Below, piece after piece: positions 30,050-40,723 of a stretch of DNA of 64,000 bases. A program made the translations under genes and the position numbers. This DNA is from an uncultured Chloroflexia bacterium (lineage in GTDB: Bacteria > Chloroflexota > Limnocylindria > Limnocylindrales > CSP1-4), in the NCBI GenBank assembly GCA_963748625.1, contig CAVVJT010000010.1, positions 960,001 through 1,024,000 of the forward strand, written 5' to 3'. Below the pieces are notes generated by a model. It made no database searches. It had not been told where the DNA came from and saw only the letters and a list, made by a program, of their open reading frames with translations. Positions within the stretch are counted from its first letter, which is position 1; each line of letters begins with the position of its first letter.

Positions 30050-31504
30050 ATGCGACCCCGTTTCGAGCTCCTCGACCCCGCCCTGATCGACCGCGTCGTG
30101 AACGAGGCACTCGAGCTCCTCGTCACGCCCGGCATCAAGGTGGAGGAGCCCGAGGCGATCGCGCTGCTCGTGGCCAACGGCGCCACGGCCGACGGGATCC
30201 GCGTGTCCATCCCGGAGGCGATGGTCCGCCGCGCGCTGGACACGGTCCCCCATGCCTTCTCGCTCTACAACCGCGCCGGCGAGCCGGTGGTGGGGTACGG
30301 CTCCGGGCGTGTCCATTTCGATCCCGGGTCCTCCGGGGTCGCGGTGCTGGATCCCTAGACCGGTGACACGCGCCGCTCGATGGCCGCGGACCTGGCTCGT
30401 GTCATCCGCGTGGCCGACGCGCTGCCCGCGTACGACGCCGCCTCCACGGCGATCGTGGCGCACGACGTGCCCACCGAGATCGGCGACCTGTACCGGGTGT
30501 TCGTCGTGCTCATGAACTCGGGCAAGCCGATGATCACGGGCGCCTTCTCGCCCCGCGGGTCGTCGGTGATGCTGGACCTGCTCGCGCTCGACGCGGGCGG
30601 GCGGGCGGCACTCGCCGAGAAGCCGCGCGCCGTCTTCGACGTCTGCCCGTCGCCGCCGCTCACCTGGTCCGAGTTCGCGTGCCGCAACGCGATGGACCTC
30701 GCCCGGGCGCACGTGCCGGTGGAGCTGATCTCGATGCCGCTGGCGGGGGTCGCGGCGCCGGTCACGCTGATCGGGTGCATCGTCCAGCACGCCGCCGAGT
30801 CCATGGCGGGCGTCGTGCTCCACCAGCTGGCCGAGGCCGGGGCGCCCATCGTGTGGGGCGGCGCGCCTGCGATCGTGGACATGCGCTCGGGCGCGACGCC
30901 GATGGGCGCTGTGGAGACGGCGATGATCAACGCCGGCAACGCGGCCATCGGCAAGTCGCTGGGGCTCCCGGTCCACGGCTACATGGGCGCCTCGGACTCC
31001 AAGATCGTGGACGCGCAGGCTGGCTACGAGTCGGCGACGACCGCGCTCATCGGCGGCCTGGCCGGCGTGGACATGATCTCCGGTCCCGGCATGATCGACT
31101 TCCTGCTGGCCCAGAGCCCGGAGAAGCTGGTCCTCGACGCGGACATGATCGGGATGATCCAGCGGCTGCTGCGCGGCGTGGCCACGCCGACCGAGACGCT
31201 CGCAACGGACTTCTTCGCCCAGGCAGGGCCGGAGGGCCGGTTCCTCGAGCTGCAGGACACCCGCAAGCTCTTCCGCTCCGAGCAGTACCTGCCGTCGAAG
31301 GCGTTCAACCGCGACTCGCGCCGGTCCTGGCTCGATGGCGGCGGGCTCGACGCGTACGGGCGGGCCCGCCAGCGGGTCGAGGAGATCATGGCCGGTCCGG
31401 TGAACGGGCCGTCGCCGGAGCTGGGCGCTGCCCTGGCCGGGTGCGTCCGCGAGGCGGGCGCTCCGTTCGGACTCGGCGAGGAGTTGCCGGGCATCAGCGG
31501 GTAG
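30050..31504 (+). CDS. mttB: Second MttB-superfamily methyltransferase interrupted by an in-frame TAG at codon 103 (30356-30358)
   Basis: Two in-frame ORFs join to 484 codons; APVTLIG, DMRSG, SDSKIVDAQAGYE, SPEKLVLD. Confidence 0.85.
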
Positions 31505-31585
31505 CGCGCGGGGCGGCGGGCGTCAGCGGCGCTCCAGATCCGTCACCGCGCAATCGGGCTCACGCGGCGCCTCCACCCGACTCAC

Positions 31586-31717
31586 AGTCAACGAAACCCC
31601 GCAAATCGCCTCGCGCGGGTCTCGGATGCGGGGATTCGTCGCCTCCAAGGCAACGCCCGCCCGAAAACAGCGCCTCCAGCGGGCGATTCAGCGGTCGGAT
31701 GTGCGGATTCGTCGACT
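31586..31717 (+). repeat. Palindromic intergenic element family A, copy 1 (132 bp)
   Basis: Ends AGTCAAC..GTCGACT; ungapped alignment with 34001-34132. Confidence 0.85.
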
Positions 31718-31768
31718 TCGACGCAGCGGCCCAAGCGCCGGGCCCGGGCGACGTGAGCCTGGGCGCCG

Positions 31769-32557
31769 TCAGCGCATCGACGCGGCGATCTCCAGGGTGC
31801 GCGCACGTCCCAGCGCGGACTCGAGCCGGTACAGGGTGCCGTCGCGCGCGAAGACCAGCGTGTCACCGGCGACGACCGCCCGAAGCACCTCGGCTCGGCC
31901 GCCCGGTCCCAGGTACAGCAGCTCGTGCGGGGCGCCCGAGATCCACCAGCCACGATCGCCGCCCACGCTGACGGGCTCGATCGTCGTCTCCGGGCCGAGA
32001 ACCTTGGACAGGAACGCTTCCTCGGCGGCGCCCGGCACGGCCATCACGACGAGGGCGAGATCCTCGCTGCCCGTGAGGGTGGGCTCACCGTTTGCGGCGC
32101 GCCAGGCGAGCGTCAAGACCGGGTCGGCCGTGGAGCCGCCCCGGTAGGCGGTGTCCGGCTCCGGTAGCGCGGCCGGCACAAGGACGCGGGGGCGGTCGAC
32201 GTCGCGTGCGTCTGCGAGCGGGATCGGCGTGCCGAAACCCAGGCCCATGCCGGCCGGAGGTACGGTGACACCTTCACCGAAGACGATATCGAGGCCCGGG
32301 AGCCGGTAGCCGAGCGCGACGGCAGCACCGGCGACCAATACGAGCAGCACGACGGCGAGGGCGACGGCGCGGAGGACGGTCGCCCGGCGAGCTCTCGAGC
32401 GGGCGCGTGCTGCCGCGTCGGCGTCCACCGCGGCTCCTGCCGTGATCCGGTCCACCACCCGGGCGCGCAGGTCGGGCGTGCGGGGCCATGTGGCGCTGGC
32501 GGCGGCTTCGGCCAGGAGCAGGTCGAGGCGGTCGCGGGGGTCTTGCGACGCGTTCAT
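31769..32557 (-). CDS. Putative anti-sigma factor (single TM)
   Basis: Start overlaps sigma stop; one TM segment and an extracellular domain. Confidence 0.7.
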   Translation of the reverse strand: MNASQDPRDRLDLLLAEAAASATWPRTPDLRARVVDRITAGAAVDADAAARARSRARRATVLRAVALAVVLLVLVAGAAVALGYRLPGLDIVFGEGVTVPPAGMGLGFGTPIPLADARDVDRPRVLVPAALPEPDTAYRGGSTADPVLTLAWRAANGEPTLTGSEDLALVVMAVPGAAEEAFLSKVLGPETTIEPVSVGGDRGWWISGAPHELLYLGPGGRAEVLRAVVAGDTLVFARDGTLYRLESALGRARTLEIAASMR

Positions 32558-33161
32558 GCCGGACCCTCCTGCCGCGCAGCCTGCTCGAGCGCAGCCCGCA
32601 GACGGCCCAGGCCCCGGTGGAGTCGTGACTTCACCGTGCCTGCGGGGATGTCGAGCACTGCAGCCGTCTCCGCCTCGGACAGGTCGAGCAGGTAGCGACA
32701 GGCAACGACCGTCGCGCTCGCCGTGGGCGAGGGTGGCCAGCGCCGCACGCACCTCGGATCGCGCCTCGGCCAGGATCACGGCAAGGTCCGGTCCGTCGTC
32801 GTGGTCCCGGCCCAGCACGGCGAACGCCCTCCCGATCATGCCCTCGCGCCGGGTCCGGCTGCGCCGCCTGTTTCGCGCCTCGTTGCCAACGATCGCAAGC
32901 AGCCACGGCCGGAACGGCGCATCGTCACGGAAGCGGACCATTGCCGACCAGGCCCGTACAAAACCCTCCTGCGTCAGCCTCCTCGGCGTCGGCAGGATCG
33001 CCCGCGAGCAGGCAGGCGACGCGGAACGCAGCCTGCTGGTGCATCGTCACGAGTTCTCCGAACGCCCCGGTGTCACCGTCCCGCGCGCGCCCGACCAGGA
33101 CCGCCTCGCGGGGGTCACCGGGCGGACGGGGATCCGGGCCGGCGCGGGCGTCGTCGGGCAC
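32554..33161 (-). CDS. ECF sigma-70 factor; two +1 frameshifts (~32976, ~32712)
   Basis: GDTGAFGELV, DAEE.TQEGF, FRPWLLAIVGN, GTVKSRLHRG across three frames. Confidence 0.85.
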
Positions 33162-33167
33162 GCGCCG

Positions 33168-33881
33168 TCAGGCCCCCTCGGCCGACCGGCGCCCGACGCG
33201 CAGCCGCACCGCCACGACCACCACGACGCCCAGTACGACGAGGACCAGGGCGGGCGGCCACCAGGTCGCGCCATCGGTCCCATCAACCGCCGGAGCAGGC
33301 GCGGCCGCCGCCGGAGCCGGCGCGGCCTCCGATGCCGCCGACGCAGGCTCGACCGGAGCCGGTGCCGCTGATGCCGCCGGCACCTTGGCAACCGCGGTCG
33401 CGCGTGGCAACGGTGTCAGACCGGGCGTCGGCGCAGGCGCCACCTGGGCCGACCGGGGCGAGATCCCGCCGAACGTGAACGGGTCCTCGAGCAGGAGGAT
33501 GTCGATGTCGGAGGTACCACGGAGCACCACTCGCAGCCCGCGGACCCCGGAGTCCGGAACGGTCGCCCGGGCCACGTAGTGCCCAATTCGGTCCTGGACA
33601 CTCCAGGCCTCGGTGGTCTCGCCGTCGCGGCCGCTGAGGATCAGCACGATCGGCGAGCCCTCGACAGGGTACTCCCCGTCCTCGGTGAGCACGTCGACGG
33701 TCAGCCCGACGAGCAGCTCCGCGCCGGGCGGCGAGGCGAGCGCGATGGGCGCGTCGAGGACGGCGCTCATGCTCTCCTTCGCGGATGCGACGCCCGCGAT
33801 CACGGACAGGAGCAGGGTCGCAAGGGCGATGGCGGCGAGCGCGGGGCCGGCGAGGCGGCGTGGGGACTGCAGGGGGCGCAT
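33168..33881 (-). CDS. Secreted protein with C-terminal membrane anchor
   Basis: Signal peptide (VASA-K), Pro/Ala linker, C-terminal TM followed by basic tail. Confidence 0.7.
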   Translation of the reverse strand: MRPLQSPRRLAGPALAAIALATLLLSVIAGVASAKESMSAVLDAPIALASPPGAELLVGLTVDVLTEDGEYPVEGSPIVLILSGRDGETTEAWSVQDRIGHYVARATVPDSGVRGLRVVLRGTSDIDILLLEDPFTFGGISPRSAQVAPAPTPGLTPLPRATAVAKVPAASAAPAPVEPASAASEAAPAPAAAAPAPAVDGTDGATWWPPALVLVVLGVVVVVAVRLRVGRRSAEGA

Positions 33882-33914
33882 CGACGTGTCTCCGGTAGGT
33901 GCTGGTGCCTCTTG

Positions 33915-33941
33915 TACACCGCCCGCGCCGTTCGCGTTCCC
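33915..33941 (-). promoter_or_regulatory. Candidate ECF-type promoter
   Basis: GGGAAC-N16-GTGTA upstream of the sigma-containing operon. Confidence 0.45.
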
Positions 33942-34000
33942 GCGGACCCGCCAGTCCCGTTCCCGCCACGCCGATCCCGCTCCCGGCCACGCCGACTGGT

Positions 34001-34132
34001 ACGCAACGAAACCCCGCAAACCCGCCGCAGCGGGGCCGCAATCCCGGCTTCCGTTGCCTCCATGTCCACACCCGCCCGCAAAGGCGCCGATAAGCGGGGC
34101 ATAAGGCCCCGCCAAGCGGGAACCTGTTGACT
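34001..34132 (+). repeat. Palindromic intergenic element family A, copy 2 (132 bp)
   Basis: CAACGAAACCCCGCAAA identical to copy 1; ends GTTGACT. Confidence 0.85.
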
Positions 34133-34209
34133 CAGGCGCAGCACGCCGTCCCCAGTGGTCAGCACGCCGTCCCGAGCGGACAGGCGGGTCAGCAGAAGAG
34201 CAGCAGGGT

Positions 34210-34974
34210 GTGACCATGGGTGAGACGGACCTGGAGCGGGCGATCCGAGAGCAGCAGTGGGCGAAGCGGTCAGCGGTGGGCAGCGAGCTGCGGCGCGTCC
34301 TCGATGACGAGGGCATCTCCATGCGAGCGCTGGCGGCAGCAATCGGGATCGATGTCAGCCATCTCTCGCGGGTCGTCGCCGGCAACGCCGCGCTCAGCCA
34401 GGACTCGCTGGTCGCCGTCGCGACCGCACTCGGGTACGCCGCCTCGATCAAGCTCTTCCCGACCGACGGCCCCCGGATCCGCGACCACCGGCAGGCACGC
34501 ATGCTCGAGGTGGTGATCGCGCGCCTCCATGCCCGCTGGCTCGCCCGGCTGGAGGTGCCGGTCTGGCGTCCCGTGCGCGGGGTCATCGACCTGCTGCTCC
34601 GGGACCGGTTCACCGGCGACCTCGTCGCGGGCGAGGGCCACAGCCTGCTTGCCACGGTGGAGGCGCAGATCCGCCACGCCCACGAGAAGGCCAACGCCCT
34701 TCCGTCGGCGACGGGCTGGCCATGGTCCGATCGCCTCGACGAGCCGCGGGTCAGCCGCCTCCTCGTCCTGCGCTCGGTGCCCGGGAACCACGATCTGGTG
34801 AACGCGCTGCCGGCGACGTTCGCGTCTGCCTACCCTGGCGACACCCGCCAGGCTGTCGCCGCCCTGCGCAACGCGACAACGCCGTTCCCGGACGGGGCGA
34901 TCGTCTGGGTGCACGTCGACGGGACGCGGACGCGGCTGCTCGACGGCCTGCCGCGCGGCGTGGGGCAGTGGTAG
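34210..34974 (+). CDS. XRE-type HTH fused to a PD-(D/E)XK/DUF559-like nuclease domain
   Basis: ISMRALAAAIGIDVSHLSRVVAG; EVPV..GVIDLLL..LVAGEGHS. Confidence 0.7.
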   Translation: MTMGETDLERAIREQQWAKRSAVGSELRRVLDDEGISMRALAAAIGIDVSHLSRVVAGNAALSQDSLVAVATALGYAASIKLFPTDGPRIRDHRQARMLEVVIARLHARWLARLEVPVWRPVRGVIDLLLRDRFTGDLVAGEGHSLLATVEAQIRHAHEKANALPSATGWPWSDRLDEPRVSRLLVLRSVPGNHDLVNALPATFASAYPGDTRQAVAALRNATTPFPDGAIVWVHVDGTRTRLLDGLPRGVGQW

Positions 34975-35072
34975 ACAGCCGGCCCGTGGCACCGGCGCCG
35001 GCCCTCACGGCCTGGAGCGGCCGGCCCTCGGCCCGTGGCGCCGGCGCCGGCCCTCACCGCTTATGGCGTGGA

Positions 35073-35123
35073 AGTCAACGAATCCGCGCAACGGAGCCCG
35101 TTGGGCCGCCGGCGCCGTTGCCG
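35073..35123. repeat. Partial family A end downstream of the HTH-nuclease gene
   Basis: AGTCAACGAATCCGC matches the inverted right end of copy 1 (AGTCGACGAATCCGC). Confidence 0.55.
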
Positions 35124-35328
35124 TGAGGACGACCGTCCTGCTGACCGCGGGTGACGTGGACCAGGCAGCTCAGCGCAAGGGCACCTACCGGGCGCCCGGC
35201 CGGTAGCCGAGGCCACCTGCAGGGCGCCGTCCGGGAAGCCACCGGACGACCCCGAGGCCACCGGGCTCGGGGCCAGGAAGCCACCGGACGACCCCGAGCC
35301 CGCCACCAGGCGGCGCGCAAGATCCGCC

Positions 35329-36930
35329 TTACGGCGTGCCCAAAGCCTGGGTTGACGCGCGCTCGTCGCGCAGTTCGTAGACCGTCTCGAGCGGGTTGCC
35401 GCGCGCAATCCCGAACCAGGCGACCGCCGAGCCGACCACGGCCACGAGGCCGCCGGCCAGCATCGCGACCCGCAGGCCATCGAGGTAGAACAGCGCGTAG
35501 GTACGCAGGTCGGTGGTCGCGACCGACCCCACCACCGATGTCCATGACGCCGTCCCGAGCGCCACCAGGAGGTCCCGGAACTGCGTGACCTCCGTGTCGA
35601 CGACAGCGGCAGGCTGGCCGGCGAGCGATCCGGTGAGCGCGAAGACCGAGACCTGCGTGACCAGCGCCGTGGCGACCACGATCCCGATCCTGGTGCCCAC
35701 CTCGATCGACGCCTCGTTGAGGGCGCCTGCGGTCGCGGGCAGGCCCCGCGGGACCGCGGCGAAGATGATCGCCGTCCTCACCGTGGTCGCCACCACGAAC
35801 CCGCCGCCCACCAGGAAGAGCGGCAGGATGAACAGCAGGTAGAGGCGGTCCGGGCCGATCAGCAGCGCCAGGACGAGGTCGCCGAGGCCGATCACCAGCA
35901 TGCCGCCGGCCACAAGGACCCGTGGCTGGAAGCGGGTCAGCAGGTAGCCGGCGATCGGCCCGACCAGGATCAGCGACAGGAACAGGGGCACCAGCCCGAG
36001 CACGCCGAATGTGGGCCCGAACTTGAGCACGACCCCGAAGTACATCGGCAGCTGCGACATCGGCACGATCTGGGCCATGGCGATCACGAGGCCCACGAAC
36101 AGGGCGATCGTCACCGGGCGCCGGCTGATCGCCACATCCTTCACCTGGTCCATGCGACGGCGCCGTTCCCAGGCGAAGAACGCGATCACCACGACGATCC
36201 CGGAGCCGATGAGCGCCAGCCGGAGCGGGTTCTCCCAGCCCGCGCCCAGCCACAGCAGGCCGCTCGCGATCAGCACCACGCCCGCCGCCCAGAGCGCCGT
36301 GCCCAGCACGTACGGGCGCTCGGCGCGCGTCGCACGCTCGAGATCGCCCATCCGCCGCCGCAGCACCAGGAGCGCGAGCGCGCAGCCCGCCATGGAACCG
36401 ATGAACGCCGGGACGAACGTGCCGGGGATCAGCGAGACGAGGACCGGCGAGAGTCCCTGACCGATGCCGTATCCCGCGTAGGCGATGCCGATGGCCGTCG
36501 CGCGCGCCACCCCGGTGTACGAGGTCGCGGCGATGGCGAGCGCGCATGGCATCACGAAGGCAGCCGAGGCGATGCCGAGGAACCGGACAACCATGAAGGG
36601 GAGGCCGGTGCCCTCGAGGAGGAGCGCGAGGAACGCGGCCGCGAAGGACACGATGAGCCCCCCGGCGATGATCGGCCGTGCCCGCGTGGTGTCGCCGATC
36701 GCCCCGCCAATGAGCAGCAGGATCGCCGTGGTCACCGAGACCAGGATGACCTGGCCCTCGATGTCGGGCTGGGCCCGAATGGCCGCCTGCGTCGTCATGG
36801 CGGTCGGCGCCAGGATCTTGGGGTCAAGGCCGGCCGCCAGCAGGGCCACGGTTGCCGCGAGCAGGGCGTTGCGTGCCCGCTTGTCGGCGACGAGGTCCGC
36901 GAGGAACGGGGGAAGCGAGCGGCTGGCCAT
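35329..36930 (-). CDS. MFS transporter (DHA2-like)
   Basis: About 14 hydrophobic segments; GAIGD motif A; TGC-TAGCAT 7 nt before ATG. Confidence 0.85.
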   Translation of the reverse strand: MASRSLPPFLADLVADKRARNALLAATVALLAAGLDPKILAPTAMTTQAAIRAQPDIEGQVILVSVTTAILLLIGGAIGDTTRARPIIAGGLIVSFAAAFLALLLEGTGLPFMVVRFLGIASAAFVMPCALAIAATSYTGVARATAIGIAYAGYGIGQGLSPVLVSLIPGTFVPAFIGSMAGCALALLVLRRRMGDLERATRAERPYVLGTALWAAGVVLIASGLLWLGAGWENPLRLALIGSGIVVVIAFFAWERRRRMDQVKDVAISRRPVTIALFVGLVIAMAQIVPMSQLPMYFGVVLKFGPTFGVLGLVPLFLSLILVGPIAGYLLTRFQPRVLVAGGMLVIGLGDLVLALLIGPDRLYLLFILPLFLVGGGFVVATTVRTAIIFAAVPRGLPATAGALNEASIEVGTRIGIVVATALVTQVSVFALTGSLAGQPAAVVDTEVTQFRDLLVALGTASWTSVVGSVATTDLRTYALFYLDGLRVAMLAGGLVAVVGSAVAWFGIARGNPLETVYELRDERASTQALGTP

Positions 36931-37043
36931 CGCGCGGATGCTAGCAGGGCGCCGTGCCCGGCCGGACCCCACCCCAGTTGGACGGGGCGGCCGGCCCTCC
37001 TGCAGACCACCCCGCAGGTCAGGGTTCGAGGTTCAGCGGGACC

Positions 37044-39015
<1,972 letters not shown>

Positions 39016-39103
39016 TCACATTACCGAAGATCGTTCGCCGCGTGACCGTCAACGATCGAGGCGTCTTCTGTCTTCGCACCCTGCGTCGCGGAGGGCCCGG
39101 GAC

Positions 39104-39139
39104 AAGGAAAGGGCCGGGACCGACATGCGGCCCCGGCCC
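39104..39139 (-). terminator. Intrinsic terminator after the protease gene
   Basis: GGGCCGGGGCCG-CATGT-CGGTCCCGGCCC followed by TTTCCTT on the minus strand. Confidence 0.65.
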
Positions 39140-39152
39140 GAGAAGGAACCGG

Positions 39153-40049
39153 CTACCCGGCGGCGCCGGCCTCCGTGGGCGCAGCAACCGTGACCGTGCG
39201 CTCCTCGGCGCCGCGCACCAGGGTCACCTCGAGCGGCAACCCGGCCTCGCGCAGCGCATCGTGGAGGTCATCCACGTCCGCGATCGCACGTCCGCCGGCG
39301 GCGACCAGGAGGTCACCCTCGGCGATGCCCGCGGCCTCGGCGGGCGATCCGGTCTCCACCCCCCGGACCAGGACGCCGTCACGGTCGGGAAGCCCGACGG
39401 AACGGCGCAGGCGGCGGGCGACATGCGCCGGCGCCACCGCGATGCCCAGTTGCGGCCGCTCACGGGTCTCGCCACGCGCCAGCGCATCAACACGCGACCG
39501 CAACGCCTCGTCGGCCGGGAGCGCGAGGTAGAACCCCTCACCCACGCGGTTGGTGTTGAGGCCGACCAGGGCGCCCGCGGTGTCGAGCAGCGGGGATCCG
39601 GATGAGCCGGGCGCCAGCGGAGCGGTGTGCTCCAGGGACCCGGAGATCAGCCTGCCGCCCGGGCCGCGGAAGGCACGCTCCACGGACGAGACGAAGCCGA
39701 ACGACACCCGGGTGCCGCCGGACGGCAGGGCCGCGGCGGAGAACACAGCGGACCCGATGGTCGCGCCGGCGGTGGACCAGGCGATGGCCGGCGTGGGGCC
39801 GGTCTCGACCTCGACCACGGCGATGTCCCCGTCCCAGTCGACGGCCTTGACGGTGCCGCGGGTCACGCGGCCGTCCGGGAAACGGACGGTCACTTCACCG
39901 CCGCGGAGGTTGTGGGCGTTGGTGAGCACGCGATCGGTGGCGATGACCACGCCGGAGCCGCGAAGACGGGAGCCGATACCGACGACGGACGGACCGACGG
40001 CGCCTGCGACGGCGGCGACGGCTTCCTGGAGCTCGGTGAGAACGGACAC
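39153..40049 (-). CDS. HtrA/S1C serine protease with PDZ domain
   Basis: LTNAH, DIAVV, PGSSGSPL, GSPAEAAGI; no signal peptide visible. Confidence 0.9.
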   Translation of the reverse strand: MSVLTELQEAVAAVAGAVGPSVVGIGSRLRGSGVVIATDRVLTNAHNLRGGEVTVRFPDGRVTRGTVKAVDWDGDIAVVEVETGPTPAIAWSTAGATIGSAVFSAAALPSGGTRVSFGFVSSVERAFRGPGGRLISGSLEHTAPLAPGSSGSPLLDTAGALVGLNTNRVGEGFYLALPADEALRSRVDALARGETRERPQLGIAVAPAHVARRLRRSVGLPDRDGVLVRGVETGSPAEAAGIAEGDLLVAAGGRAIADVDDLHDALREAGLPLEVTLVRGAEERTVTVAAPTEAGAAG

Positions 40050-40179
40050 GGGGATGGGATACCTCTGCGCGATGCCGGCGACACGAGACACAGGTGTCGG
40101 ACCGGCTGGGTTGTTACTTGCGATTTGCAATCTACTATCCTCACCGCCACAGCGCAAGTCCTTCGCCTACCATGCGCAC

Positions 40180-40617
40180 ATGACCTCCTCGCCCGATCCC
40201 GCCGCACCGCCCACCGCCCTCGGCACGGCGCTGGATCGCGTCGGCGACCGCTGGAGCCTGCTCCTGGTAGAGGCGATGCTCCCCGGCTCCCGCCGCTTCG
40301 GCGAGCTGGGCGAGGCGCTGCCGGGCATCGCGCCGAACATCCTGGCCGACCGTCTGCGCAGGCTGGAGCGCTCCGGCATCCTGGTGGCGACGCCCTACTC
40401 GAAACGCCCCCTGCGCATGGAGTACGCGCTCACCGCCGACGGACGCGAGCTGGCCGGCGCCCTGCGCCTCCTCGCCGACTGGGGCTCGAAGCGCGGCGGC
40501 ACGGGCGAACCGCTCCGCCACGAGGTCTGCGGGACACCGCTCCAGGCCCGCTGGCACTGCCCCACGTGCGAACGCCTGGTCGAGGATGACGAGCCGGACG
40601 AGCTGACCCGACTGTAG
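40180..40617 (+). CDS. HxlR-family regulator with Cys-rich tail
   Basis: VGDRWSLL, RRFGEL, LADRL, EYALT; HEVCG..CPTC. Confidence 0.9.
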   Translation: MTSSPDPAAPPTALGTALDRVGDRWSLLLVEAMLPGSRRFGELGEALPGIAPNILADRLRRLERSGILVATPYSKRPLRMEYALTADGRELAGALRLLADWGSKRGGTGEPLRHEVCGTPLQARWHCPTCERLVEDDEPDELTRL

Positions 40618-40723
40618 GCACGGGCGACCGCACCCACGGCCGCAAGCCACTTTCGAGGTCCACGGCTACACTCGCGACGAGGGGCGGCCACTTGGCCAAC
40701 CTCCCCCACCTGTCGGAGGTCGC

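Noticed and set aside
30960-31020. Canonical pyrrolysine site in the second mttB
   Set aside because: The segment encodes YMGASDSK with no TAG.
32554-33161. Programmed frameshifting or true pseudogene of the sigma factor
   Set aside because: No slippery sequence; same +1 insertion pattern as five unrelated genes.
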